A stretch of 64,000 nucleotides of DNA from Chiloscyllium plagiosum (Eukaryota). Position numbers and translations under genes: made by a program. Position 1 is the first letter of the stretch. Every line of letters starts with the position of its first letter. Of this stretch, positions 24,090 through 33,984 are shown one piece after another. Under the pieces are notes generated by a model. That model was not told where the DNA came from. It ran no database searches and saw only the letters and a program-made list of their open reading frames with translations. The DNA lies in contig NC_057719.1 of assembly GCF_004010195.1 (NCBI RefSeq), positions 95,634,094-95,698,093 on the forward strand, in the 5' to 3' direction.

Positions 24090-24960
24090 AACCTCCACTG
24101 CATCTTCTTCAGTTCAGAACTGCACACAATTCCCAGATAATGGCCTAACCAACATTTTCTACAGTTCCAGCATCTTCTCCCTGATCTTATACCTTGATTA
24201 ATAAAGGCCAATATCCCCTATGCCTTCTTCATCACTCCATCCGCCTGCCCTGACACCTTAAGGGACCAGTGTACATGCACACCAAAGTGCCTCTGATTGT
24301 CGGTGCTTTTTAGGGTACTACTGTTCATCACATATTCCCTCACCTTGTTTGTCCCACCCAAGTGCATCGCCTCACAATTATCCAAATTGAATTCCATTTG
24401 CCACTGATACATCCATCTGACCAGCCTGTATATTTTCACTTTAATCTAAGGCTATCCTCCTCACTATTTACCACCCCGACTAATTTTTGTATGGTTTACA
24501 AACAAATCAACCTTCCTGCATTCAAGTCGAAATGATTTACATAAAGCACATAAGATTAAGGGTCCCAACACTGATCCTTGTGAGTCACAGACTTGCAGTT
24601 AAAAAAACCTGAAACACCCATTAAGCATCACCCACTGTTTCCTGCCACTCAGCCAATCGCAGATCCAAATTGTCAGATTTCCTTGGATCTTACCTTTGCT
24701 AATAGCGTCCCATGCAAGACCTTATAAAGGTCTTGCTAAAGTCTAAGATGAATACATCAAAAGCATTGGTCTCATCTACACACCTGGCCACCTCTTTGAA
24801 AAGTTCAGTCAACTTGGTCAGACATGACCTGCCCCTAACAAAACTATGCTGACCGTTCTGGATTAACCCCTGCCTCTCCAAATGCAGATTAATTCTGTCC
24901 CTCAGAATTGATTCCAATAGTATCCCTCAGTGAAACTATCCTTTCTTGAATGAGTGCCAC
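24090..24960 (-). mobile_element. Old CR1 RT fragment
   Basis: ESILRDRINLHLERQGLIQNGQHSFVRGRSCLTKL...LDFSKTF; WQMEFNLDNCEAMHLG. Confidence 0.8.
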
Positions 24961-25575
24961 ATTGCCAGTCTTAGAGACAGAGCGTATTGCTTTGCAAAAG
25001 CACATTTAAACCCCAATCACCTTACTTAGCTCTGAGCCATCCCCATATTTGATCAAGTCCTATCCGGAACGGTTTATTACCCAGACACAGTTGTGTTTAG
25101 GTTCTTTGAGTAGCAGTAAGAAGGAGATCTTTAACAGCTCTCGGGCAAATGCACAATTATTGCAGTGTAGAAGCAAGTTACTGCAGATGCTGGAAGGGTC
25201 GTCTAGATTCAAATCGTTAGTTTGCTTTCTCTCCATCCACCCTGCCTGACCTGTGATTTTTTGTTTTCAGGTTTATTGCAGTGTTTCATAAAGTGTTACA
25301 TTTGGAGGCAGATGATCATGTCCCTAGACTAAGCCATAGAGAGGCACAGGAAAGCATTCCCCTTTTCCATGTGAACTTGTACTATTGCAGAAAAAAGAAC
25401 TTTGAGTATTCCAATTTAAATTGCTGCAGAAATGTGTGAATTGGCCTTTATTCTGCCCGGGGATCACCCAGTCGCTGGACATAACAATACAGCCAGGAAG
25501 CTATTAAACTCTAGTCACGAGCAGCTAGGACCAACTTTCTGCAGGTCAAAAATCTAGAATGGTAACCTTTAGCGT

Positions 25576-26010
25576 CGAGAGTCCTATAGCATGGAGGCAG
25601 ACCCTTCGGCCCAAACTGGTCCATGCCGACCAAACTGTCCATCCACACTAAATCCATTTCCCTGCCCTTGGCCCACATCCTTCTAACCCTTCCCTATCCA
25701 TGTATTTGTCCAAATGCATTTTAAATGTGGTTAATGTACCCGCCTCAATCACTTCTGCTGGCAGCTCATTCCATATGTGTACCACCCTCTGTGTAAAAAG
25801 ATTACCCCTCAGGTTCCCTTCTGTTCTTTTCCCTCTGACCTTAAACTGATGCCCTCTAGTCCTCGATTCCCCAACCCTGGGAAAAAGACTAAGTGTGTTC
25901 ACCCTATCCATGCCTCTCATGATCTTATACACCTCTATAAGATCCCCCCTCAGTCTCCTACACTCTAAAGAAAAAGTCCTAGCTTGTCCAACCTCTCCCT
26001 GTAACTCAGT
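25576..26010 (-). mobile_element. CR1 LINE 3' end
   Basis: YKIMRGMDRV...SRTRGHQFKVRG...FTQRVVHIWNELP...FKMHLDKYM. Confidence 0.85.
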
Positions 26011-26319
26011 CCATTGAAATAAGTGTCAAATGCAGAATAAGTTCAGAATAGAAGAACAGGATTCTATAATCCTTTCTGTAACTGACAAAAATAGCCTTCC
26101 TTCCAAAATAATCCAGATGATCTTCGTGAAACTATCAGCCACCTCCACCGTAAACTTTATCGACCAATCTGTTAAACTTCAAGGTGGAGGTGTCAGAAAT
26201 AACAGACGTTTGGTGTTGAAGGTTCCCAGCGGCAAGTGACTGTCGCTGAGTTTAAACGAAGGTGAGGAGGTGCCGGGCTTGGGCTGGGTGGTGGGAGTAC
26301 AAGGTCAGGACTGAGACAA

Positions 26320-27023
26320 CTCCGAAAGCTGCGGATATCAAATAAACCTCGGGGGCTGCCTGACCTGCTGTGCTTTTGCAGCACCACTCTAATCTTGACT
26401 CAAATAAACCTGTTGGACTATGATTTGGAGATGCCGGTGTTGGACTGGAGTGTACAAAGTTAAAAATCACACAATATCAGGTTATAATCCAACAAGTTTA
26501 ATTGGAAGCACACTAGCTTTCGGAGTGACGCTCCTTCATCAGGTGATTGTGGAGGGCTCGATCGTAACACAGAATTTAGAGCAAAAATTTGCAGTGTGAT
26601 GTAACTGAAATTATACATTGAAAATTTGATTGTTAAGCCTTTCATCTGTTAGAATACAGTGATAGTTTCACTTCTTTCATGTGTAAATCACAAAACCCTT
26701 TTTTTAAAAGTTGCATTCTCGGGTGAGCTGTTAACAATGGTGATAGCTAGATAATATGTTGAAGGTGTTAGCCCCCTGTGTTCTCTGTCTATGACCTGAT
26801 GTTTAGGTCATCAGTGAGATAACTCTGTTATCTCACTTTTTAGATTAGAATCTATCTAAACAGACAATCAATTTTTCAATGTATAATTTCAGTTACATCA
26901 CACTGCAAATTTTTGCTATAAATTCTGTGTTATGATCGAGCCCTCCACAATCACCTGATGAAGGAGCGTCGCTCCGAAAGCTAGTGTGCTTCCAATTAAA
27001 CTTGTTGGACTATAACCTGGTGT
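26320..27023. mobile_element. Nested Penelope-like cluster: family B remnant, family A insert (TSD TCAAATAAACCT at 26338-26349 and 26400-26411), and a family B element with about 160-bp inverted arms
   Basis: Arms about 26475-26632 and 26864-27023 are near-perfect reverse complements. Hammerhead-like cores at 26514-26542 (-) and 26955-26983 (+). Confidence 0.7.
26514..26542 (-). ncRNA. Minimal hammerhead ribozyme-like motif on the TRPC pre-mRNA strand
   Basis: Minus strand reads CTGATGA-A-GGAG-CGTCA-CTCC-GAAAG-CTA, with flanking CAC/GTG able to form helix I and a palindromic AGCT. Confidence 0.55.
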
Positions 27024-27522
27024 AGGTTAAACAAAAAGATAGCGGCATGGAGAGAGAGAGAGAGTGTTTGTGAAACAGTGAACTCCGCGGGGGAAGGTGA
27101 ACTCTGTAAATTCCGCTGTCTTTACGGATCTGTCAGTTCCCCAATATTTAAACGCGCTGTTACTGATATAACGGAGCCACATGCTCACCATACAGCAACA
27201 TAAATATCAGTCAGTATTTCAAATACCGTCCATAGAAGTCACATTCTAAAGACAACCACAAAATCACTGACACCCCACAACAACAATGAGCAACTTTCCA
27301 GTGATTTCCTTAAGTATTAAATGTATGAACGGATCCACACACAATTCCACCTTGAGTAGCACTGAGCAGCAGGGAGGTGTCATTGAGAGAACCGCTGGGG
27401 AGCTGTGCTGTGGGCTCTGCCTGACCCTGCTGTGCTTTTCCAGCACCACTCTAATCTCGAGCTGTGATTAGGGGAAATTTACAGTATTAGGGTAGGGGAG
27501 TGGGTCTGCGTGGGTTACTTAC

Positions 27523-27653
27523 GAGCAGTAGTGCCCATACCCAGGGGTGTACGGTTCCCTGCTGCTGAGCCTCTTCATTGGGATAGAGCCTTCCTTTGCT
27601 GCTGTGGGCACGGAATTCCTCGCAGCCAGCTGCCTCTTCCCTTCACTCATCAT
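27523..27653 (-). CDS. TRPC6: Candidate coding exon 1 of the TRPC6-like gene (MMSEGKRQLAARNSVPTAAKEGSIPMKRLSSREPYTPGYGHYC-S)
   Basis: ATG at 27653, with an in-frame TGA 10 codons upstream. 131 nt open (43 codons + 2 nt) to a consensus GTAAGT donor at 27522-27517. Phase 2 matches exon 2 (TC+C = Ser). The C-terminal GYGHYC resembles CYGYYPC near the end of human TRPC6 exon 1 (recalled). It lies in a locally CpG-richer, largely non-repetitive patch. Confidence 0.78.
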
Positions 27654-28000
27654 CACTGCTCCACACTGCTCCCATTCCAATCACGGGATTGCCTGTAAAC
27701 TGGGATACCAGGTCACTTCAGACCAAAAACCGCCTCCCTTCAAGTGACGCTTCCGATGCGTCAGGTTTACCACCTACTTCTCTGAGCGGCTGGAGCTGGA
27801 GGGACCAGGCGCTAGCCAAATTAAGTGACAGACAGTGTGGAGATCACAGCAACAGGGCAGCTCTGTGTGGATCGTCAGTGTTTAACAGGAGCCTACAGAC
27901 AACAGAAATAAACCAGCCAGGTTCTTCATTAATTCTGCGGTCTTCATTAATCAAACATTTAACAAATTCATCTCTCCCGATCCTGATTCTCCGCGGAACT
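27654..28000 (-). promoter_or_regulatory. Putative 5'UTR/proximal promoter of the TRPC6-like gene
   Basis: Immediately upstream of the exon-1 ATG and visibly richer in CpG than the bulk window. CCAATCA at 27677-27683, GGGAGGCGG (Sp/KLF-like, minus strand) at about 27730-27738, and inverted CRE half-sites TGACGC (27745-27750) and GCGTCA (27758-27763). The TSS cannot be determined. Confidence 0.5.
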
Positions 28001-28379
28001 GTAAGGAGTATCAAACTGTAATATGGTAAATGTACACTACAGCACGGCATTTCCTTTGTATATTCCCATGCTACTGGAAACACCTCTGGTACAAATAGTT
28101 AGTGAACCCTGTGTCAGAGCTCGGCTCAGTGACAGGTCAAAGCTGTACACTCCCATCTTCTGCGTTTAACACGAATACTGAAACAGCTACTGGATGGAAC
28201 AGACTCTCCCAGTGTTCCCACCAGCTCCTAAAAGGAAAGGTTAATCTTCTCGAAGTGCCCAGTGGCTAACCTTTCATTGCTGTCTAAGTATGCCGTCCAG
28301 CCAGATCAGTGCACTGCAATACCAGACACATCCCAACTAGACTCCTCTAGATCTCACTACACAGGGATATGATCACCTA

Positions 28380-28601
28380 ATACAATAGCAATTGCAGGAA
28401 AAACTCCGCAGGTTTGGCAGCATCTTTAGAGAGAAATCAGAGTTAATGTTCCAGTGCAGCAACCGTCCCCCAAAACAAACTGGACCCAAGACATTAACTC
28501 TAATTTCTCTCCACAGATGCTACCAGCCCTGCTGAGGGGTTCCACCAATTTCAGTTTTTCATTCTGATTTCCAGCATTTGCAGTTCTTTCAGTTTTTTTC
28601 C
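28380..28601. mobile_element. Penelope-like family C element with inverted arms, 12-bp TSD
   Basis: Flanked by TATGATCACCTA at 28368-28379 and 28602-28613. Confidence 0.6.
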
Positions 28602-28672
28602 TATGATCACCTATGTTTGGACACAGACATCCTCCAGTTGGATCAGTAGGAGGCCTTTGACAGAATATTACA

Positions 28673-28785
28673 GTTGAAACTTTATTGCTGGAACAGCACA
28701 GCAGGTCAGGCAGCATCCAGGGAACAGGAGATTCGACGTTTCGGGCACAGGCCCTTCTTCAGGAAGGGCACAGGCCCTTCTTCAG
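28673..28785 (-). mobile_element. Penelope-like family A fragment with hammerhead-like core (28735-28762), 12-bp TSD
   Basis: Minus strand CTGAAGA-A-GGGC-CTGT-GCCC-GAAAC-GTC. CAGAATATTACA at 28661-28672 and 28783-28794. Internal 20-bp duplication gggcacaggcccttcttcag. Confidence 0.7.
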
Positions 28786-29065
28786 AATATTACACACTAA
28801 CAGGAGTCATGTGCTCTTCAAAATGGGATGTGGGCAATTCTCAATTAGATCTGACTGCTCTACACAAACTTCAGCTGCACAGTTTTGGTCAATGGTTGGA
28901 AATCCAAAAGTTTATCAATCAGTTTCAGAGCATACAGTGTTGCCATCTCACTGTCCTGTTGTTAGGTTCTATCAACAGTCAGTCAGGAAGGATATGGTAT
29001 ATAAGGGATAAAAATCCTTGATCATAGAGACAATAAGGTCAAAGCTTTCCTATAAATGAAGATAG

Positions 29066-29321
29066 AAATCACACAACACCAGGTAATTGTCCAACAGGTT
29101 TATTTGGAAGCACTAGCTTTCAGAGCACTGCTCCTTCATCAGGTGTTTATGGAGCAGGACCATAAGACACAGAATTTATAGCAAAAGATTACAGTGTCAT
29201 AGAACTGAAACAATATATTGAACAAACCTAGACTGCTGTTAATTCTAGGTTTGTTCAATATATTGTTTCAGTTGCATGACACTGTAATCTTTTGCTATAA
29301 CTTCTGTGTCCTATGATCCTG
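29066..29321. mobile_element. Penelope-like family B element with fold-back hairpin
   Basis: aaatcacacaacaccagg...ctagctttcagagcactgctccttcatcagg, followed by arms 29155-29232 and 29244-29321. Confidence 0.65.
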
Positions 29322-30082
29322 TTAGAATTGGAATTAGCTTTATTGTCACATGTACTCCCATGAGAACAGTGTAAAGTTCACAAGTTGCCACTTACTACAT
29401 CATCTTGGGTGTAAAGGTACCTAAATACAGATTCTTCAGTACAAATTCTCAGGGAAATAAATTAGAAAAATAAAGAAATAAAAGTTCTGAATAACAGTCC
29501 TTCCAACCCAGTCCACACCTGCCCCTAGCCTTTATTCCAAACCATGCCTTGACTCCAGACCATGCTGGGCTTCACCTTGACACTGGAAGTCCACGCTGAG
29601 GCCACACCAAGGGGCTACTGAGAGAGCGCCACATCGGTCTGTACAGGGCAGGAGTCAGGTGAGAAATCGTGCTGTTGGATCTCCCTTTTCTATCTGAGAT
29701 CAAACTTAGTCAGCAAGCTGCATTGTTTATTCAAACCCAGCCTCGGATAAAGAAAAGACAAGCAATGGCTTTGTCCAGGTTTATTCACAGCAGCTCTGCA
29801 ATGTAGGACTTTGGGCTCTATGGGACTGCTCCAGGGACATAAGCTAACCATGAACTGCTGCTGGAGGACCACCAGCTGAATAAAAGGTGCTCTTTAGTCT
29901 GCCATTGGCCTGTTCTTCCAGTGAAAAGAGCAGTCAATGACCAGGGGTCACAGACTGGCGTATTCCAGGGTTCAGGAACATGCATCATGCTTTGAGCAAA
30001 TATCAGAAAGGCACAATGGGAAAGAACATCCAAGCCCTCATTGAGGAATGACTCATTAGGCCTCAAGCTGGGAAACTAGCTT

Positions 30083-30394
30083 GCAGCATGGTGGTCAGTG
30101 GTTAGCACTGCAGCCTCACAGCACCAGGGTCCCAGGTTAGATTCCAGCCTCGGGTGACTGTCTGTGTGGAGTTTGCACTTTCTCCCTGTGTCTGTGTGGA
30201 TTTTCTCCGGGTGCTCTGGTTTCCTCCCACAATCTAAAGATGTGCAGGTCAGGTGAATTGGCCATGCTAAATTGTCCACAGTGTTAGGTGCATTAGTCAG
30301 AGGGAAATGGGTCTGGGTGGGTTACTCTTTAGAGGGATGGTGTGGACTTGTTGGGCCGAAGGGCCTGTTTCCACACTGTAGGGAATCTAATCTA
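30083..30394 (+). mobile_element. HE1/V-SINE-like SINE
   Basis: Full head, core and tail, ending gggcctgtttccacactgtagggaatctaatcta. Confidence 0.85.
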
Positions 30395-32462
30395 TTTTCC
30401 TAGTTACCTTCATCGCTAGTGCTAATGGTCATCAAGTAAAGGCCACTGTTGCTTCCATGGACCGGCAGCTCAATGAGAGCAGAGGACACAGTTTTTGTGA
30501 AAATACACATATGTTCTCAATGAGTTCAGTTGACTCACCTCCTAATTCTGCTTCATTTATACATAGTCTTTCTACTACAGTACACCAAGGAGCTGGAAAC
30601 TACACAAAACTGGAGCAATATATTTGTCAGGAAATTATTATTACAAATAGTAACTGTTATTGTAAGTATAGCAACACACTTTAAATGGTTATACACTGAA
30701 CTGAAAGAAACTGATTTTACACTTCATGTAATGTCAACTTTGGTGATATAGTATATTTTTATGAATAAAGTCTATTTTGAAATTAAGCTGGCCAATTTAT
30801 TCAAGCACAATTCCTCAACTGAGTTGTGTCCAAGTATATGCAAACTACTCAGATATATCCATTTCACAAAACATAGGACAGATCTAATTGGTCAATTGCC
30901 ACCACATCAGTCTCCTCTCAAATATGAAAGAAGTGGTGGATGCTGTCATTGATAGCCCTAACAAGTGACACTTACTCACAGAGAACCTGCTCATTGATAC
31001 TCCCTTTGGGTTCCTCCAAGACCACTCGACTGCAAGCCTCTTTACAGCTGGTTCAAACATGAACAAAAAAATATAATTACCAGAGGTGAGGTGACTTTGA
31101 CTCCCTTAACTTTAAGAGAAAATTTAACCACATGATTCCAAAGAATCTGAGAAAAATCAAAATCAGTGGAATCATGGGGAAAATCAACAGTAACTGATTC
31201 ATGCCTATCATAACCAGCACAAAGATTATAATTGTGGTTATGAAACACCAATAATTTCAGTCATAAAACATCATTGCAAGAGTTCCTCATTACAGAATCT
31301 GGAGACAACCATTTTCAGTTAATTTATCAATGACCTATTCTTCACTGCACAAAATAGAAAAAAACTGATTTTAAAAAATTGACAAAAACTTGGAATTGAG
31401 CACACTGGTCCAAACCGAACGTCCAGTTAAGGAATACAAGATGAGTTGGACCAGTTTGGACATTTCCAAGATTTTACTGGTTTTGCCTTCTAATGTCAGA
31501 GGTGGGGATATTTGCTGGAAGTTAAATACTATTTGTATCATTGACTAATATTCAGAAACTGAAGCAGTCCAAAACATGCATATAACTGATCCTAACAAGA
31601 CATTTTATTGTATAGAAATAAATAATGATACATAAATAAGAGTCATATAATGTTTTCATTTTTGTACTTGGTACTACGCCACATAAATCAAGTTGACAAA
31701 GTATTAAAAATATTGCAAATGGATGGACTAAGGTAATCCTATGGAAATAACTTGGAAATAATGGTATTTCTTTCCATAAATCTCTGACTGCAATATGAGT
31801 TAATCAACTTTCTTCCTTGGACTCTGATCTTTTTTTTATTTAGGAGTTTCAAGCTGAGCAGTTCCTGTTCCGAGGTGTCAGACTATTTAATGTGATAAAA
31901 ACACATTATGAATAAATGAATCAGAACATCTGAATGTTGATCAAATGCAATAAGTGAACTGGCAGCTATGTAACTACTGATAGAGAAGCCTCATGCGAAG
32001 CCCTGGTTGAATAACACTTCAAATAGAGTAAACAGCTACCTTACCATCACATGGTGGGTTAAATATCTTGATCTTTGAAGAAGGGCAACATAAACTTAGT
32101 AGAATGGCACCCTGGACTCTCAGGGTGAAGGTACATGGAGAGATTAAATAAAGATGACTATATTTCCTCAAATTTCAAGGGTAAGAGTTTCAAAATAAAG
32201 GATACTAGATTAAAATAGACTGGAAGTTTGGGAGTCCTAGACTAGAGAGAATTATCAAAATATTACAGGCAGACCATTCAGGGGTGAAATTTGAAAACTC
32301 TTCAGTTTACGACTGTCTCTTAAAATCAATAATTGATGTTGAATTATTTGTTAATTTTAAGGTTAAGGTTGATGAGTTTTGGCTGGTTAAACGTACTGAG
32401 CGATTTAGAGTGAAGCTATGAATGTGGGGTGGAGTTACAGGTCAGCAGTGATCTCATTGAAT

Positions 32463-32516
32463 TGGCAGACCAGGCTCGAGGAGATTAACTGGCAGACCAG
32501 GCTCGAGGAGATTAAC
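32463..32516. repeat. Perfect 27-bp tandem duplication
   Basis: tggcagaccaggctcgaggagattaac x2, inside an old CR1 3' tail. Confidence 0.9.
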
Positions 32517-32599
32517 AACCTATTCCTGTTCCTATGTTCCCATGTTAACTTTGAAAATATCCAAACAAAACATGCTTCAAATTAATTTTCAATTAAATA

Positions 32600-33810
32600 C
32601 ATGGCTATTCAAACCTGCTCTGCCATTCTTGGTCAGGGCTGTCCATTTACCTCGATATCATATTCTTGCAATATCCCATATCTCTTCATGTCATTAGCAA
32701 CTAGAAATCTATCAATCTCTGTCTGAACTCATTTAATGACTGACCTTGCACATAACTTTTGGGATGGAGAGCTCCAATTCCACTACCTTCTGAGGAAGAA
32801 GTTCTTCCTCATCTCAGTCCTAGATAGCTTGGCTTTTATTCTGAAATGGTGTCTCCTGGTCCAGACCTTATAGTGAGAGGAAACATGCTTTTTGCATTGA
32901 CTTTTGTCAAATCCTTTAAGAATGCTGCAAGATTTTATGAGATTTCCTCTCGATCTTCTAAACTGAGGTTTGTCATAGCATAATCCTACCATCTCAGGAA
33001 TCTTCAATGTGCTCCTTCTGTAGTAATTAAACCTTCCTTAGGCAAAACCTGCCCACAATAATCCAGGTACAGTCTCAGTGCTGCCCCAGATATTTTAAAC
33101 AAGATTTCATTGCACTTGTACTCAAATCCTCTTACAATAAAGTCTAACACACCTTTTGCCTTCCAAATTGCTTGCTGCAAACATATGCTACATTTTAGTG
33201 ACTTATGAAGAAGAACTTTCCAATCTCTCATCGCTTAAGAAATAGTCTGCAACTTTTGTTTCTCCCGCCAAAGTGGATGACCTCACACTGTATCACATCT
33301 GCCATGCTCATACCCTTTCAATTAATCTGAATTCCTGACGAAGGGCTTTTGCCCGAAACATCGATTTTCCTGTTTCCTGGACACTACCTAACCTGCTGTG
33401 CTTTTCCTGTTGGACTATGACCTGGTGTTGTGTGATTTTTAACTCTTTTGAATCGATTTTCCTGTTTCCTGGACACTACCTAACCTGCTGTGCTTTTCCA
33501 GCGCCACTCTCTCGACTCTAATCTCCAGTATCTGCAGTCCTCACTTTCGCCTTTCAATTAATCTGTTTAACTCCCCTGAAGTCTCTTCATTCTCCTTTAA
33601 AACTCACATTACCACCAAGTGATGTACCATATGTGCGCTTGGATCCGATACAATGGCCCTCTCACCATATCCAAATCATAGGTTGAGGTTGTGAGCAGCT
33701 AGATTCTTGTTGCATCTCACTAGTCACAGCCAGAAATGAAAAGATTACCAATTTATTCCTCCTCTCTGCATTCTGCTTATGAACCAATATTCAATCCATG
33801 CTCATTTATT
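32600..33810 (-). mobile_element. Old CR1 3' fragment interrupted by a Penelope-like insert
   Basis: QQAIWKAKGVLDFIVRGFEYK...LDYCGQ; RGNLIKSCSILKGFD...RTEMRKNFFLRR. Confidence 0.65.
33330..33551 (+). mobile_element. Penelope-like family A element, 16-bp flanking duplication
   Basis: CCTTTCAATTAATCTG at 33314-33329 and 33550-33565; core ctgacgaagggcttttgcccgaaacatc. Confidence 0.7.
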
Positions 33811-33984
33811 ACCCTCCAATCCCTTCTGCTCCCATGCCAATGGCAGGGTAGCTAACTCTACTTCCCTATAGAAATTGAGCTTGGTGTTAGACTCCAGGTC
33901 TTTATCATCAAATACTCTTTCTCATAGTTGGCCAAAGGCTATGCTGGAACTGGTGACGTGATTCGATGTATGGCTTTGCTGAAG

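Larger units (their letters stand above)
3497..27522 (-). other. Intron 1 of the TRPC6-like gene (24,026 bp, GT-AG)
   Basis: Bounded by the GTAAGT donor at 27522 and the TAG acceptor at 3499-3497. Repeat-rich, with no other recognisable exon. Confidence 0.72.

Noticed and set aside
27510..28021. Plus-strand ORFs over the promoter region as a divergent gene
   Set aside because: Non-ATG starts and no homology; best explained as the antisense of exon 1 and GC-richer promoter DNA. A divergent lncRNA cannot be excluded.
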